Positions 1 to 15,415 are shown, counted from the stretch's first letter. The stretch: DNA of 64,000 nucleotides from Eledone cirrhosa (GCA_964016885.1 OZ024745.1:51832001-51896000), one strand, 5' to 3'. Notes: a model not told the origin generated them from the letters alone. Program-made: numbers and translations.

Positions 1-80
1 ACCTGCAAACGATGACAGCGTTCAAGCTTTGTCTTCCCGCATATCTTCCCCCGCTGATGTAACACTCAGAAAATACTAAC

Positions 81-573
81 AAATAATTTTCTACTTTTAG
101 CACAAGGCCAGCAATTATCCCAGTGCATTACTTGTACTTTATTTTATCGACCCCGTAAGGATGAAAGGCAAATTAACCTCGGCGGGATTTCACCTCAGAT
201 CATAAAGGGATGTAACTCTATGCTGGAAAGCATGGCGTCCGACTCTTTATAGATACTGCCAATAAATAATTGTTTCTACTTTTGGCACAAGGCCAGCAAT
301 TATCCAATGCATTACTGGTACCTTATTCTATCGACCCCGGAAGGATGAAAGGCAAAGTTAACCTCGGCGGGATTCTTATATAGGCTCAAGGCCAGCAATT
401 ATGGGGGAGGGAAAGTCGATTAAATCGACCCCAGTACGTGACTGGTACTTTATTTTATCGACCCCGTAAGGTTGAAAGACAAATTAACCTCGGCGGGATT
501 TGAACTCAGATCATAAAGGGACGTAACTCTCTGCTGGAAAGCATGGCATCCAAACCTTTATCGATACTGCCAA
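81..573 (-). mobile_element. Tandem cluster of three tRNA-derived SINE copies (81-263 near complete, 264-375 partial, 375-573 longer variant)
   Basis: Reverse strand reads TGGCAGTATC (A-box-like), GAGTTCAAATCC (B-box), core GCCTTTCATCCTTACGGGGTCGATAAAATAAAGTAC and an AT-rich tail; the same sequence recurs about 10 more times in the window. Confidence 0.9.
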
Positions 574-2680
574 TAAATAATGATAGATTAAAGAGTGGGG
601 AGAAGGAAACCTTTCAAAATCATAATACTGAATACCGTACGATATATTACGGCATGTTTAGTGTGAATCATTATCTGCAGTCATAGGAAGAGCCGGTGTA
701 ATTAGGGTTGGTGGCACTCACCTCATTTTATAGCAGAATAAATTACATGGTACTACTGAATTGAGGATACATATTACAAAAATAATACAAAAGAAACATT
801 GTATGAAATAGTCATACATATAGTGTAATCCTGTTCCCAACAGAAGATAAAATTCTGGTATATCAATATATTTAACAGATTTAATCCTAAGCCCGCTTGA
901 AGACGCTTGATCAGAACTAACTTACCGTTAGATATGACACAATATAAACAGAAGTTATTTGTATATTCAAAATATATGCGGTATTCTCTACAGTTTGGGT
1001 AGAATTGAGTATCCTCCTTTTTAATTATAGATGGTGAAATAGACAATACAAGCAAAATCAATAGTAATTACTTGACCACTATCCCTGCTAATCATGGTAA
1101 GTGTAAACAAATTTAATAACACTAGTGTATTGAGCAAGAACATCATATATTGAATAATATGCTCAAACCTGTGCTTAATGAAGTAATTCCCTGACTAATC
1201 ATTCAATTTAATTCTTGGAAGTATTGTGCAATTAACGAAAATCCAATACATTCTGACCGAAGCCTATATTCGAAAATAAAACGGAGAGAAGAGCTTAGAC
1301 TTTCGTTACACAATGATGAAATACAATAATAGCATAAGCCTTAGATGAAATCATAAAATATCTGCGAAACATCACAAAACCTACTAGAATAATATTTAAA
1401 AAAAGTAGAAACCGTTTTTAAAATCTATATTATCTATGGTATTAGAAACAGTATAAAAATCGGCTCAAACGCTGAATGATAAATTGGCTACAAAATACAT
1501 TTTCAAAAGATAAGACTACCTTTGCTATGTAACAGAATTTCATTTTAACATTGTTAGCAATTTGTATGAATTCAAAATCGCATCGCATTGGTATATAGTG
1601 ACAGAAATAAACTATAGCTCTACCTGATTTCATATGAAACTGTAAACATAGTTCATATGATTTACAATAGGATTTGTTGTTAGTTTCTTTCTACCTTAGT
1701 GAATATTATCATATGTATTGAATCATACATTGATATGAATTATTCTTTTTTTTGTAATATTATATGGTTATTTTTTACTATTTAGAATGAAATACATTTC
1801 ATTTCTTTACACATTTGCATAGCCTAAATCGTGTCGACGACCAGATGAATGTATCAAATCTCTATTTCCAAACTTGATGTATTACCTTCTTTTAATAAGA
1901 TCAATACCCTATTATTTCACAGGAAAATATATAACTATATTCCTGTCCGATAAGAATTAAATGCGAATGCGTAATATAAATTGCAAACAGAAAACTAAGC
2001 CAAAAGTAAATCGTGACATAATCTTTTTATTTTATTGCAAGTATCATATCAATTCAATTTTTTCTAGAATATTTCTCGTATCTTGTTACAACAATTTAGT
2101 GTATACATATTTGGAATATAATATATCTTGAAACATGAATTAGAATGTAGAATAGTGATTAAACGATCATCTTTTGAAGAATAATATTCGAGGGAAAATA
2201 TAAAATAATAAAACATATGAGATGAACGTCGAATATAAAACGCTACCTTCTTCTGAACTTTGCGTTGATTTATAAAATGTAGTGCAATTTAACGTTGAAC
2301 TTGCCATAAAAAAAGCCTGATTGTCGTTTGTACACATTTCGCAAAGCAATACATGTGAAATATTTAATTCAAACAAAATGTCTGAATTTGATATACAGTT
2401 AGTAATAAATTCGTTTCTATTTAAGCACATATAAGAAATCACAAAATTTATGGTTCTCAATTAAACAAAATATGTAAATATACAATGAATGTGACGTAAT
2501 TACATTTCTTTATAACCCCAAATTATAAGGCAAGGCATTCCCAAATGCAGGGAAGCACTAGAAATGTGCACACATATTAAAAACAATTATATATAAATAG
2601 CGGAAGTAGCAGCAGTAGCATGGAAGAAAGACGAGAGGGAGAGAAGAGAGAAAATTAGATAGGTTAGGAAAGAGAGAGTG

Positions 2681-2719
<39 letters not shown>

Positions 2720-3067
2720 TTAGCTTGTTCCCGATAGTAACAGGGAAGAAGCGAGCTCCTATTTTAGCTGCTACTATTACCAAACCACGAAGGAGGAGAG
2801 AGAGATACAGAGAAAGAGATAAACGAAGATGTGAACGTTTATATATATGTAAACTATGGTCTCTAGTACACTCATCTAATTAGTATAGACTTTAATTTTA
2901 TTATATACATTTCTTCTTATTTCCTGTAGCATAAAGAAGCCGAAATAATTATCGGCTGAATCCGGTACGATAAATTACTTTTAAAGAAATGTTTTGTTGT
3001 CATTCTATGAGAAAATCATATTCTTTCTTCTTTTCCTAATATATATGTATATATATATATGTATATA

Positions 3068-3104
<37 letters not shown>

Positions 3105-4044
3105 GAGAGACGTAAAATAAGAAAATTATAAAATTAACTTACTTTCTAAAATATCACTTCCAACTAATTAGTTTCTGGAATGGAATAAATATATTTTCTG
3201 AAGAAAACATCGAGAATCATTCCGTCGTCAGGGAAGACTATTCTCATCTAAGTATCCAGGCAAAGCGTGGACTCTGGAAACTTATTAAAAAATAATTCAG
3301 TGGATAGAAAATAGCAAAGCGTGGACTGAATTCCTAGCCATTGAGAACATTACTGCCTCTGCGTCGGTTGCAAATTCAAAAAGAATCAATCACGTGACAT
3401 CGAGGTCAATCAGTGGAAAGTGGTTTGCTAATAAGACAGCGGCCTGCCTGCTACCATAGCAGCAGTCGTGGCCAATATTGCTCGACAAATAATTTGGAGA
3501 TAATTATAAAGAATTAATATCTAGTAACATATATATACATACAGATGCATATCAATGCTAGCAAATATATAGGTTTTGTCTTAGTAACTTTGTGGTTCAA
3601 TGCATGGGGTTGCAGAACAATAATATGAGAGACGTAAAATAAGAAAATTATAAAATTAACTTACTTTCTAAAATATCACTTCCAACTAATTAGTTTCTGG
3701 AATGGAATAAATATATTTTCCGAAGAAAACATAGAGAATCATTCCGCCGTGAGGGAAGACTATTCTTATCTAAGTATCCAGGCAAAGCGTGGACACTGGA
3801 AACTTATTAACAAATAATTCGGTGGATAGAAAATTGCAAAGCAATGGCTAGGAATTCAGTCCACGCTCTAAAGTGATATTTTAGTAAGTAAGTTAATTTT
3901 ATAATTTTCTTATTTTACGTCTCTCATATTATTGTTCTGCAACCCCATGCATTGAACCACAAAGTTACTAAGAGAAAACCTATATATTTGCTAGCATAAG
4001 TATGCATCTGTGTATATATATGTTACTAGATATACTAATTCTTT

Positions 4045-4046
<2 letters not shown>
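3105..4046 (-). mobile_element. Family A non-coding hammerhead element (PLE pLTR/retrozyme-like): 522-bp unit, partial direct repeat and inverted segment, between (TA)n tracts
   Basis: GAGAGACGTAAAATAAG recurs at 3105 and 3627; 3842-4046 is the reverse complement of ~3319-3345 and ~3505-3680; homologous element at 52506-53145. Confidence 0.85.
3157..3236 (-). ncRNA. Type I hammerhead ribozyme (family A)
   Basis: Minus strand: CTTCC-CTGACGA-cGGAATG...CATTCCa-GAAA-CTAATTAG-TT-GGAAG. Stem I CTTCC/GGAAG, palindromic stem III. The repeat copy at 3679-3758 has a mutated core (CTCACGG). Confidence 0.8.
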
Positions 4047-4630
<584 letters not shown>

Positions 4631-6346
4631 CAGACACTTGTTTTGGTAATTACATTAGATGTAACGGTTCCGTCAATGTTTCATGTATTCCAAAGAATGA
4701 AATTGATTTGGGGCATGTTACATTCTAGAAAAATCGTTGAAGAAATGCATGAGCCGATGATCTATTACAGGGTGCAATCGTACATAAATGTATCTCATTC
4801 ATGTATTGAGAAATGTTATTGCAGTGGTCTTGTTCAATAATTATCGAACCTCCTTGCAGCATTATCGCAACTGCGCATTGGATGATGAATATTTGAATTT
4901 TATTATTTAGTTGCTGCTGCAATTTCAACGCTACTGATGCTTGTGGGCATTGATTACTAGACTTGGCTAATACTACCATTCACATGCTGCTTTCAAGGGA
5001 CCTTCGATATTAATCTATTGTTCTTCTTATTTACTGTTGTTGCATATCGTGTTAGTTTTGTTTTTATCTTGCAGCAATCGTAAACATGATGTAGTTTTAC
5101 AATGGTGCTATCATCGATGAATTAAAAAAAAAACAGAGGAGGATAGTAGAAGTAAAGCTAAAATAACACATATCAACGTCATAAAAGTAATTAGATTGAT
5201 GGCAAGAGGAATTGCATCATGATAATATATGTGGGAGTGGGTTTTGGGAAGTATAATCTATGTCCTTGATAAGAACTGTACCAATAGGAAGGTGTGGGTG
5301 TATTAGTTGAGAAGCACTGTGAAGGCAAAAGTGAGCATAAATGGCGATATTAATGTAGACGAATGCTAGCGTTATAATACCATAATTTATATTCATATTG
5401 GATCACATACCGATAGGAAGAAATCTCTTATAGTATTATTGGATGCATGTTTTCTTTCTTTCTTTAGTGACGAGAGATATGAGATACAAACAGCGTTAAG
5501 GTTAAGAAGAATTAATAAAATTATGGCGACGTAATAAATAATATATGTCAGTTGATGATAATGAGAAAGAAAAGGAAACCATGTTTATGCCATTCCGATA
5601 AAATATCAGTAAATTAGCTGTATTCTCATAACGTTATTTATAGGTTTATATTTAAAAGTCACCTTCCAAACACTCTTGACTTGGTTGCATTCTTTAGCAT
5701 CAACCACCAAGTAATTAATCTGTAAAGAATACATTCGTATAGACACCCTTTATTTGCAGGATAGGATTATATTTAATAACCGAGCTAAGAGTATTCATTT
5801 TCACAGAGAGAGATAGGAGGTGTTTTACATAGAGAGATATCTCTACTGTTTAGAAATATGGTTGTTAGTACATAGAATTGAAGTGGAGTGTTTCATTCTG
5901 TATGGCTAATGGAAGAGGTTATCCATTTGGTGGTTTTGACTAAAGTCGTTTTAATATAAAAAAAAACAACCACCAAATATACGTTTTTATTGAAATTTTC
6001 AATTGAATACATTTTCCTTCAAATTATAGAATGTATGTCATTACCTCATTCATATACATTTGATAAGATATAAATTTACCTAAAACATACTAACTAAATT
6101 GTTCAAATATGTCAACACAAGATATTATCTCAACGGAGGGAATATTGGAATATATAATTTGTTGTATGTACCACCGTTACCTGTTTCTTAAGTGGAGTCC
6201 ACATTTTCTTATGTATTGAAGCAAATATCTTCCAATATCAACTTTTGTTACTATGGATATAGTCATTCTTATATATATACATATGTATTCATTTTACTGA
6301 GTCGTTTGTTTTGTTGTTTCTCTTTGCCCACATACACACACATATT

Positions 6347-6378
<32 letters not shown>

Positions 6379-6739
6379 ACTGTGTTTGTGCGTGCGTGTG
6401 TGTTTGTGAAGGCATATAAGATTTCGTTTATGTATATCAGGAATGAATGCTTAAGCAAGAAAACAGCTTACCACACGCCGTCTTCTAATAATCGAATTCT
6501 GAAGCCGACTCTTTAGTGCAAACCCCTTGCAATTACTGCACTTAATTCAGCTTCCTGCCTTCCATCACTCGTGAACATGTCTACCTGCTTCAATGAAGCA
6601 GATAGACATGTATCTGCTTCATATGTACAGTGTTTTACGCAGACTATCATGCGAGACATAGTACCTTAGACTTCGCAGAACTTATTTCCATTCCAGCCGT
6701 GCAGAACTTAGTTGCAAACCAATCAAGAGCATATATAGA

Positions 6740-6990
6740 GTAACCTTTTGACGAATGAAGTGTACACCGACAGTTACGACGGTGAGTGCTCCTGTTAATA
6801 CGAACAACAGAACTGATTGATCATGAAATTACTGTGGATGTGGCTTGGTATTTCACATAGAAGTATACCCTTAACGTAAGCCTCGTGGGGATTCAGTGTG
6901 AAGCAGAATATGCCAAGGCTGGCCCTTCAAATTACATGTAAAATTCCAGCCCTGTGAACTGGAGCAGTGTCAAGCCCACGCACCAACTCC
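6740..6990 (-). mobile_element. Degenerate copy of a second SINE-like repeat
   Basis: GC-richer block CCCTTAACGT...GGGGATTCAG...AAGGCTGGCCCTTCAAATTACA...ACTGGAGCA resembles a cephalopod SINE recalled from memory; single copy here. Confidence 0.35.
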
Positions 6991-7683
6991 ATAATATTTA
7001 TGATTATGCTAACTATATACTTTTAAAGGTTACATTAATATTATTATCATGATGTACACGAACGACTGAGTCACTGAACTGTTAATAAATTAAACAAATT
7101 TCCAGTAGCTATGTTGTTTTTAACCTTTTATTTTTTGGTATAAAATTCCGCACTGATATACTTGTCAATAAATGTAAATTAGGTATATAAAATGAGGTCC
7201 GGTTCATTTATTATGTTGCTTTTAATATATATTTCTATATATTTGTGTGGCACTATGCCAGTATGAATAGTCATTATTAATTTCCAATTTTTATTTGACA
7301 CTTTGAAAATTTTGACAGAAATTATACGTACGTACATTTGTTTGGCAAGAATGGCCCGTTTGAATTAATCTATTCTGAACATGCACCTGTAGGCTGGTTA
7401 ATTTGAGAATGAGAGCGGTGCCCTCCCTTATATCTGCGAAGCGTCGGGTGGTGCAGGATTGGTGGGGTCCCTGAGTCACCTACTGGGGAACTTTCATTGT
7501 TTTATTTTTCTTGTTGATTGTTATTGGTTTTTTTATGTTATTTACTCCATTTGTATATAAAAAACCCTCTGTCTCCTTCTATTGTATTGTTCTCTATATT
7601 TCGGTCCTTGATATTATTGTTGTTATTAATGTTATTTATTTATTTATTTGTATTATATTTCTGTTGCTTTGTTGTCATTAATA

Positions 7684-7842
7684 TGTCGGACGCCATGCAT
7701 TGAAGCATAGTTACGTCCCTTTGCAGTCTGAGTTCAAATCCCGCCGAGGTTAACTTTGCCTTTTATCCTTATGGGGTCGATAAAATAGAGTACCAGTAAT
7801 GTACTGGGTAATTGCTGGCCTTGTGCCTAAAGTAGAAACAAA
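7684..7842 (+). mobile_element. tRNA-derived SINE (5' truncated)
   Basis: GTCGGACGCCATGC...GAGTTCAAATCCCGCCGAGG...GGTCGATAAAAT...GTAGAAACAA. Confidence 0.9.
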
Positions 7843-9764
7843 GCTAGCATGCAACCCTCGAAACTAATGCTGTGTGAAAATACTTTCGCATCCACCTGTT
7901 GCTACTTTCCTGAAAATTTGCAATCTACAAATTTAATATAGGTAGATAATATACAATTCTGCCTGCAAGTTTTTTTAGGTATCATTTCATTTGAACATTT
8001 TAAATATACGATCATGTCATTTTAAACGTTGTAAATATATTACTGTTCAGTTCACTTTTGCATATCCTTATATATAAATATTCATAAAGGTTTGCTATAT
8101 CGATGTTGAAAACGTTGCCTTCATTTCTGTCACATTAGATATTGTCATATATATTATATGCAATCGTGTGATTTCTTAAAATGGACTAATATCATAGTAC
8201 ACTTGCATTGTCATTTGCTAAGGCAGGTGAATATTCATATTTATTTCAGAAATGTGTTTTTCATTTGGCTTGAATTGAATTATTAGATATATCTAGAAGA
8301 GTTTAGCTATCTTATTTTATTCAAAATAGTCTTTGACGAAAAATCTATTTTTTCTTACTATTCCGCGCACATGCGTTATATATTATCTATAATAAAGAAA
8401 CTGTGGATATTTATTTTAATATAACCAGCAGTCATGACATGTGTCTTTAACCCGTGGCATTGCTTTTATGAACCATTCTGACTAAATTTATTTAAGAATT
8501 ACAGAGTCGGGTTCCGCATTTTATATATCTGGCATGCCGTTAGTAGAAATATTTGCTATGTAAAAACCAACTTTTTTACTCTTTGTAGCTGATTTATCCC
8601 ATTATACGTGTCTATTTCTAAGTTCCGATATAATTTGATTTATTGAGAGATCCTTGGAGTAGCGGTGACTACTTATTTACTAACATTTTCGAAAACATAT
8701 AGCAGGCATTTGTCTATGATAAACATATATTCATAAACATTAGAAATCTTATTAAGTAGTTTAACGAAGATCAATTGGTCCCTACCATATTCTCTGCTTC
8801 AAATGAACAGTCGTAAAATGGCAGATATCCTCTGTTTGTGTGTTACGATTTAGTAGATGTGCAGTGTTATGGAGAACATAAACATAATTTGTTTTTTGCG
8901 CATAATACAACCGTATTATCGATTTAATTATACTAATCCTATATTGTATAAAATCCTATATTGTATGAAATAGCGTAGGAAAACATTTGAAGACATTCAT
9001 CTCTTTTTTTATTTTTCCCATTCTCTAAGTTGACAAATACTTCAGCGTTTCATATCGGAGTTTATATATAATGTTTAAACATATCCGAAGGAGTACAACT
9101 AGTGGAATGCCGGTAGCTTCAATGTTTAAAAAGAGATCTTGTGACCTTGTGTCCATTTCTTTAAAAAATATTAGCAAATAACATTGACGTTAAATGGTCA
9201 CATTTAGTGCGAATCAACGACTATTTCCATGGCTTCTTCCTCATCAAATTCAATTTTTTTTCCTTTTGTTTTTGGAATTATTACTTCATGGTGAATAAGA
9301 GTAGTTAAACTATATACATTCGCATTCTCATCCTGATTAGTTACGCATTTAAACGGACCATATAACAAACCTATATGCACACATCTGAAAATTGTCCATG
9401 TAAAATATTGTCTTTATTAGAACAGTCTATATTTTAAAACTTCAGCACTAGTTCTGAAAAAGAAAAACTCTTTCGACAGCACATTTTTCTACTATTACGA
9501 GTACCACCTATGAAATATCATATATGTGCCAGCCCACTCACATCTAGTGACTGTTGGCGTTGAAGTGCAAACAGCGTATCCTTTTCTAAACATATTTTCA
9601 AATAACATTTAATATCATTACATCTTGTATCCGTCTTTCAATCAAGATTATGAGAATTTATATATATGAAGGAACGATCGACTTTCGTCAAATCGGACCG
9701 AGGGAACAATGTTTTCCGTTGGTCTTTCCAATTGCTAATACTATCTATCGGTCGCACTCCAGGT

Positions 9765-9838
<74 letters not shown>

Positions 9839-11784
9839 GTTTCCAACTGAACACTGTTGGGACTAATATAAGATAAATCTAAATAAAAATGGATGATTCT
9901 GTAATAATAGGCGTCATGAGTTTATTAGGATGGGTTCAATTCCTTGATGAAATTGCAGATTGCATCTTAATGGATTTAGAAAGCTCTTTGTAGTTATATC
10001 GGCCTTCTCGACCAAGGACAATGTTTTCATTGTAACATTGCTCTTTCAAATTTATGGCTACCTCCAATCATTTACATGTACAACTCCACATACCAAACGT
10101 TAGAGATGCATATATTACTGGTCAACAGACATTATATTTCATAATCTTTGTATAAACTTGGCTGAAGTACTTATCTGACCATCTACATTAAAAGCTTTAG
10201 CGTTTGATTATTAAGTAATTTGTTATTTTCCCACATACATTCAATGACATTCCCTTTTCAAATTAAATAGCAAACTAAACATAGGTAAACATACAATTAT
10301 ATCATGTGCCATCAATTCGTTATTTAATTCACTGCAATATGTTCATTAAATAATCATTGATTATCAACTAAACAATAATTACAATTTGCACAATATAAAA
10401 AACTTTAAAGCTTTGTTGGTGTTTTTCCTCCTTGATGATTATATTTAGTCTCTGCTAATCCACTAATAATTCTCCATAATATGACAAAATTACACATATG
10501 ATAGTAAATGATTTGTGAGGTTTTCGGAGATATTGTAGGAGAATATTTCAAATGTGGATAGTTTTGAAAGTTTTCCAATTATATTTCGCCTGATTGTATT
10601 CATTTCTTTCTTTATCCGAGATTTTAAGTGCTATTAAACATATATCTTTATATGTTGTTCCCTTCCAGTCTTCATCAAGAGTGAATACGTATAACAAGCC
10701 ACTGTCGATATTTGCCATGTGATGAAGGGGTACATCTTATTGGAGTTTATGTTTTAATCTAAATTCTTGTTAAATATAATTGCACTTTTAGGTCTAAATA
10801 TTTAATTTATTTAGATGAGCGATTTGAATTTATGCGTCTTGTATTTATCGTCGAAAATACAATATTTATGTAGTATTTTAAGTTTACAACGCCAATCTTA
10901 TCGAGAATGTGATGTGATGTGATTGTGTGTGTGTGTGTGTTGTGTGTGTGTTGGGTGGGATTTTGTATCCTTAATGTTTTTAATCTTTCTGATTCCATGC
11001 TGAAAATCACTTCCTTGGATTTAACAGTACGTTTATAATAAATCTAGAGAATATACCCAATTTTCTTCGTGATGAATGAAACCCGGATGTTAATTTAGTT
11101 AGCTGGATGATAGTATATGAGCATCGTATTTGATTTGTAGACGTTTATATCATTACGCATTAAGGTTTAGAGTGCTATCGATTTTTAATCTATATTTTCA
11201 TATCATAGCCATGTTCAAAATATTTACTTTCCACTCATTTTACACATCGATACGTACGTATAGAACTATGCATCATATTGCTAGTGGTGATGATCTAATA
11301 GGACACTTATTTGACGATATTTGGATTCGAAAATGTACATGTAATTTTTGATAACTTCTTTGGTATGTGTCTGTGTGTCAGAGTATTTTCGCTTCCAAGA
11401 ATATTTTCCATATTGATGTATGATGCTGTTATCTATAAGTTTTACGCAATTATTCTCCTTGTTCTGTTGCTTTCTGCTTTTATTATATGTTCGTTTCCAT
11501 ATGTTTTCTTTGTTTTCTATGTCGAATTACGTAATAGTCGTTTGGTACATAAATATAATTGTTGGGCATGAACACGTATATATAGTTAGCTCATGTACGA
11601 TTTCTGCTCATTTTATATAAATATATGTTCGGCTTTCGGCAATAGCAGTAGCAGCTACGAAAGCAACAGTATCAACAACTACAAAATCATTAGAGACGTC
11701 AAAAACACATCATTACCCCTATCATTGCACCATCACGATCACCACATTAACTGTTTCGTATGAGTTTTGTATCAGCAGGTATTA

Positions 11785-11968
11785 ATAATTGTTTATACTT
11801 TAGGCACAAGGCCAGCAATTACCCAGTGCATTAACGGTACTTTATTTTATCGACCACGTAAGGATGAAAGGCAAAGTCAACCTCGGCGGGATTTGAACTC
11901 AGATCGTAAAGGGACGTAACTATGCTGGAAAGCATGGCGTCCGACACTCTACCGATACTGCCAATCCA
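11785..11968 (-). mobile_element. tRNA-derived SINE, near full length
   Basis: Matches the family consensus; ATTAATAAT on both flanks is a possible TSD. Confidence 0.9.
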
Positions 11969-12102
11969 ATTAATAATATCTCTTTATATTTTTCCTCTTG
12001 TTATAAACAAATACTTAAGATGCAAGAGAAACAAAGTTTCCGAATAAATTTTTTGCATGAAAAATAAAATAATAACAAAGGTCTGTTGTTTTAAAGTCTT
12101 TG

Positions 12103-12268
<166 letters not shown>

Positions 12269-12298
12269 CAAAGACTTTAGAACAACAGACCATTGTTA

Positions 12299-12331
<33 letters not shown>

Positions 12332-13257
12332 CCACCATATAAACTCAATAGATTTGTCTAATTTATTATTTACTTTAAAACAGAATAAGACAATGATCAT
12401 TTTAAAGTAATTATGTAGTAATTATTTTAGCAAATATATGTCGTGTTGCATTCAGCGTCTTAAATGAGCCCCTATCACAGAAAACTTACTGTGAATATTA
12501 TAACAGGGAATGCTAAATATCGTAGCCTAATTCACGAGAAGTAACTACGATTAAACATCGTGTTATCTGACATTAATATGAGAAACAACACTTAAAATCA
12601 ATACTACATTAATAGGATTCACATTCAGCAAGATATGGCACATTGGGATATGCATGGCGAAGCGAAATATATTATCTATCGTGCAAATCAAATTGCACTA
12701 ATTTGAATTTTAATAGATACCAAATCAGATGCCTCGGAATAACGTTTCCCTGTTGATGTGTAATTACTAATTAGATGAGAAATCATTTGGCAAAACTTAT
12801 GAAAATGAGATCGACTTCACAGATAAGTTTATGCATGTATTGTCATTGACAGTCCATGCAATTTTGAGAGATATATGTGTGCGTTGTTAGAATTTGACTT
12901 GTTAAGAGATGCATGACTTTAATTACAGATATATTCATCAATCTCTACGTCAATATGCATTATAATTGTTTATCGAAGATAAAGCAACATATTCAATATA
13001 AGCAACATGCTCTCAGTCGTTTTGCAGAGCGTTTTGTGAAATAAGTAGATACATAAGAATTACAAACACAACGAGATAGTTTCGAGAGTTATATTTATTA
13101 AAATAAGAATCATAGAAAATAAAAGTAACTGAAATTTACATATTATGTAATATTTAATCAATGTATATGTAGGATATGCATATCACACAAAGTAAATAAT
13201 TTACATTAATGAGGGATTAATACTAAAATACATTCGTTAATTTGGTGAGTTTAAGGA

Positions 13258-13316
<59 letters not shown>

Positions 13317-13318
<2 letters not shown>

Positions 13319-14220
13319 AAAAAGTATGACCCCGACAGCAGAGCTCAAGCCGTTTCGACGGCTATTTCTGGACTTAATTAGAATTTTTAGCCTGGTGAAT
13401 AAATAGCCGAACTTTTCAAGGGGGTACTTCCTTATATGGGAAGAATGTAGTTGTTAAGCGGATTGGTTAAAATTTGTTGTAAACATAAATAAGTCTATCA
13501 TGGCATTTGGTGGGAGGTAAGGGTGGCTGAACTTGTTGTAGAACAATAGGGGTGTGAGTGGAGCGGTCAAGGGTTGAAAGTGATATGTATACAGCAGATT
13601 CTAAGGATAGTGAATGAAGTGGAGGAGGGAGGTTATAGAACAGGTAAATCGAATAAGAGTAGGAGACAATAAAAGATTATAGAAAGAAATTAACCTGTAA
13701 TTGTAAGATAGCATTGTGATTATTTTAATTCATTTCGCACTATCAAATTTTTTTATATATTTTTTATTTATTTCTATGATCTGTTATTGTCTCCTACTCT
13801 CATTCGATTTACCTGTTCTATAACCTCCCTCCTCCACTTCATTCACTATCCTTAGAATCTGCTGTATACATATCACTTTCAACACTTGACCGCTCCACTC
13901 ACTCCCCTATTTTTCGACATGCAAGTTCAGCCACCCCTACCACCCACCAAATGCCATGATAGACTTATTTGTCTCTACGACAAATTTTAACCAATCCGCT
14001 TGACAACTTCAATCTTCCCATGTAAGGAAGTACCCCCTTGAAAAGTTCGGCTATTTATTTACCAGGCTAAACATTCTAATTTAGTCCAGAAATAGCCGTC
14101 CAAACGGCTTGAGCTCTGCCGTTGGGGGTCATACATTTTCCTATTTCCCACTCTACTACCCGAAGTATAGAGTACTCTGGTGCGTTATGGTCCATCTGGT
14201 TCCTTACCACAATACCTTTG

Positions 14221-14222
<2 letters not shown>
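13317..14222. mobile_element. Family B hammerhead element as a head-to-head fold-back (~375-bp arms 13317-13690 and ~13765-14143, right arm extending to 14222) between (TA)n tracts
   Basis: The arms are imperfect reverse complements; shorter family members lie at 15205, 22191, 22441 and 27628. Confidence 0.85.
13329..13425 (-). ncRNA. Type I hammerhead ribozyme with U3-A8 variant core (family B)
   Basis: Minus strand: ACCCCC-TTGAAAA-GTTCGGCTATTT...AAATAGCCGTC-GAAA-CGGC-ttgagctct-GCTG-TC-GGGGT. The mirror copy at 14032-14129 (+) has GAAA changed to CAAA. Confidence 0.7.
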
Positions 14223-14271
<49 letters not shown>

Positions 14272-14274
<3 letters not shown>

Positions 14275-14546
14275 ACTAGAAATTGATTAACATATATATA
14301 AACATGAATAATCACAGGAGATCATTTTTACAAGTTTATAATAAGGTATCTATCAAATTATTATAAGGTATCTATTTTTGAGTTTATTATAAGGTATCTA
14401 TCAAATTATTATAATGTATCTATTTTTGAAGTTCCAGTCAACTTTATTTAGTTACCTACCTAGCTATGTATGGTTACACACTTGTAAAAAATTATCGCCT
14501 GTGATTATTCATGTTTATATATATGTTAATCTATTTCTAGTTATTA
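14272..14546. repeat. Inverted repeat (~65-bp arms) enclosing short tandem duplications
   Basis: ATAACTAGAAATTGATTAAC...TACAAGT versus ACTTGTA...TTTCTAGTTAT; ATAAGGTATCTAT repeated in the spacer. Confidence 0.75.
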
Positions 14547-15204
14547 TAACATGCTCGGACCTACTCGATAGAATCTTTCAGCTTATTTTCCGAGTGATAT
14601 GGCGCATGCCGTTCTGTCATGACACCGATAATTTTGATTTAGATTAAATTCATTTAATTTATCTTAATTTTGGATATATATAAATGTATAATTACGTTAC
14701 TTAATGATTAAGAATGACTGTCTAATATACAGTGTTGGTTTAAAAATGTAACTGGTTGAAATAAGAATCTACGTCAGTCTAACTGTGTAGACAAGTACTT
14801 GGAATTATATCTGCAAATTGATATTCACATACGAAAATATATACAATAACATGTACATGCCCATGTATATCCTTTCAGACAATATTATCATGAATATTTG
14901 TAGATATAGGGGATAAATATAAACGTAAACGTATGAATATGGGGACCACAGTGTAGTCATTAAAAGTCACATTTCATATCATATAATATTCAGCCGTAAT
15001 ATTGTATCTGAGTATTTATGTAAATAAATCTGAAGAAGTCTAAGTTAAGAATAACAGGCTAATAGGATTAAATAACAATTATAGGTTGTGTATATTAGAA
15101 AGAACAAGGTAAGTTGTTTAGAAAGTGTAGATAACTACACGTACAATCATCACACTCGTATTATGTCACCTATAGAAATAAATTATATATATATATATAT
15201 ATAT

Positions 15205-15344
15205 AATTTAGTCCAGAATTAGCCGTCGAAGCGGCTTGAGCTCAGCCGTCGGGGTCTTACTGGTTCCTATTACCCACTCTACTACCCTAAGTATATAGTA
15301 CTTTGGTGCGTTATGGTCCACCTGGTTCCTTACCACATTTCCTT

Positions 15345-15347
<3 letters not shown>
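15205..15347 (+). mobile_element. Family B 3' fragment (3' half of hammerhead plus tail) between (TA)n tracts
   Basis: Homologous to 14088-14222. Confidence 0.85.

Positions 15348-15415
<68 letters not shown>

Noticed and set aside
9667-9765. Short GC-richer insert between TA tracts as another ribozyme element
   Set aside because: Small hairpins are present but no complete hammerhead core could be assembled; single copy.
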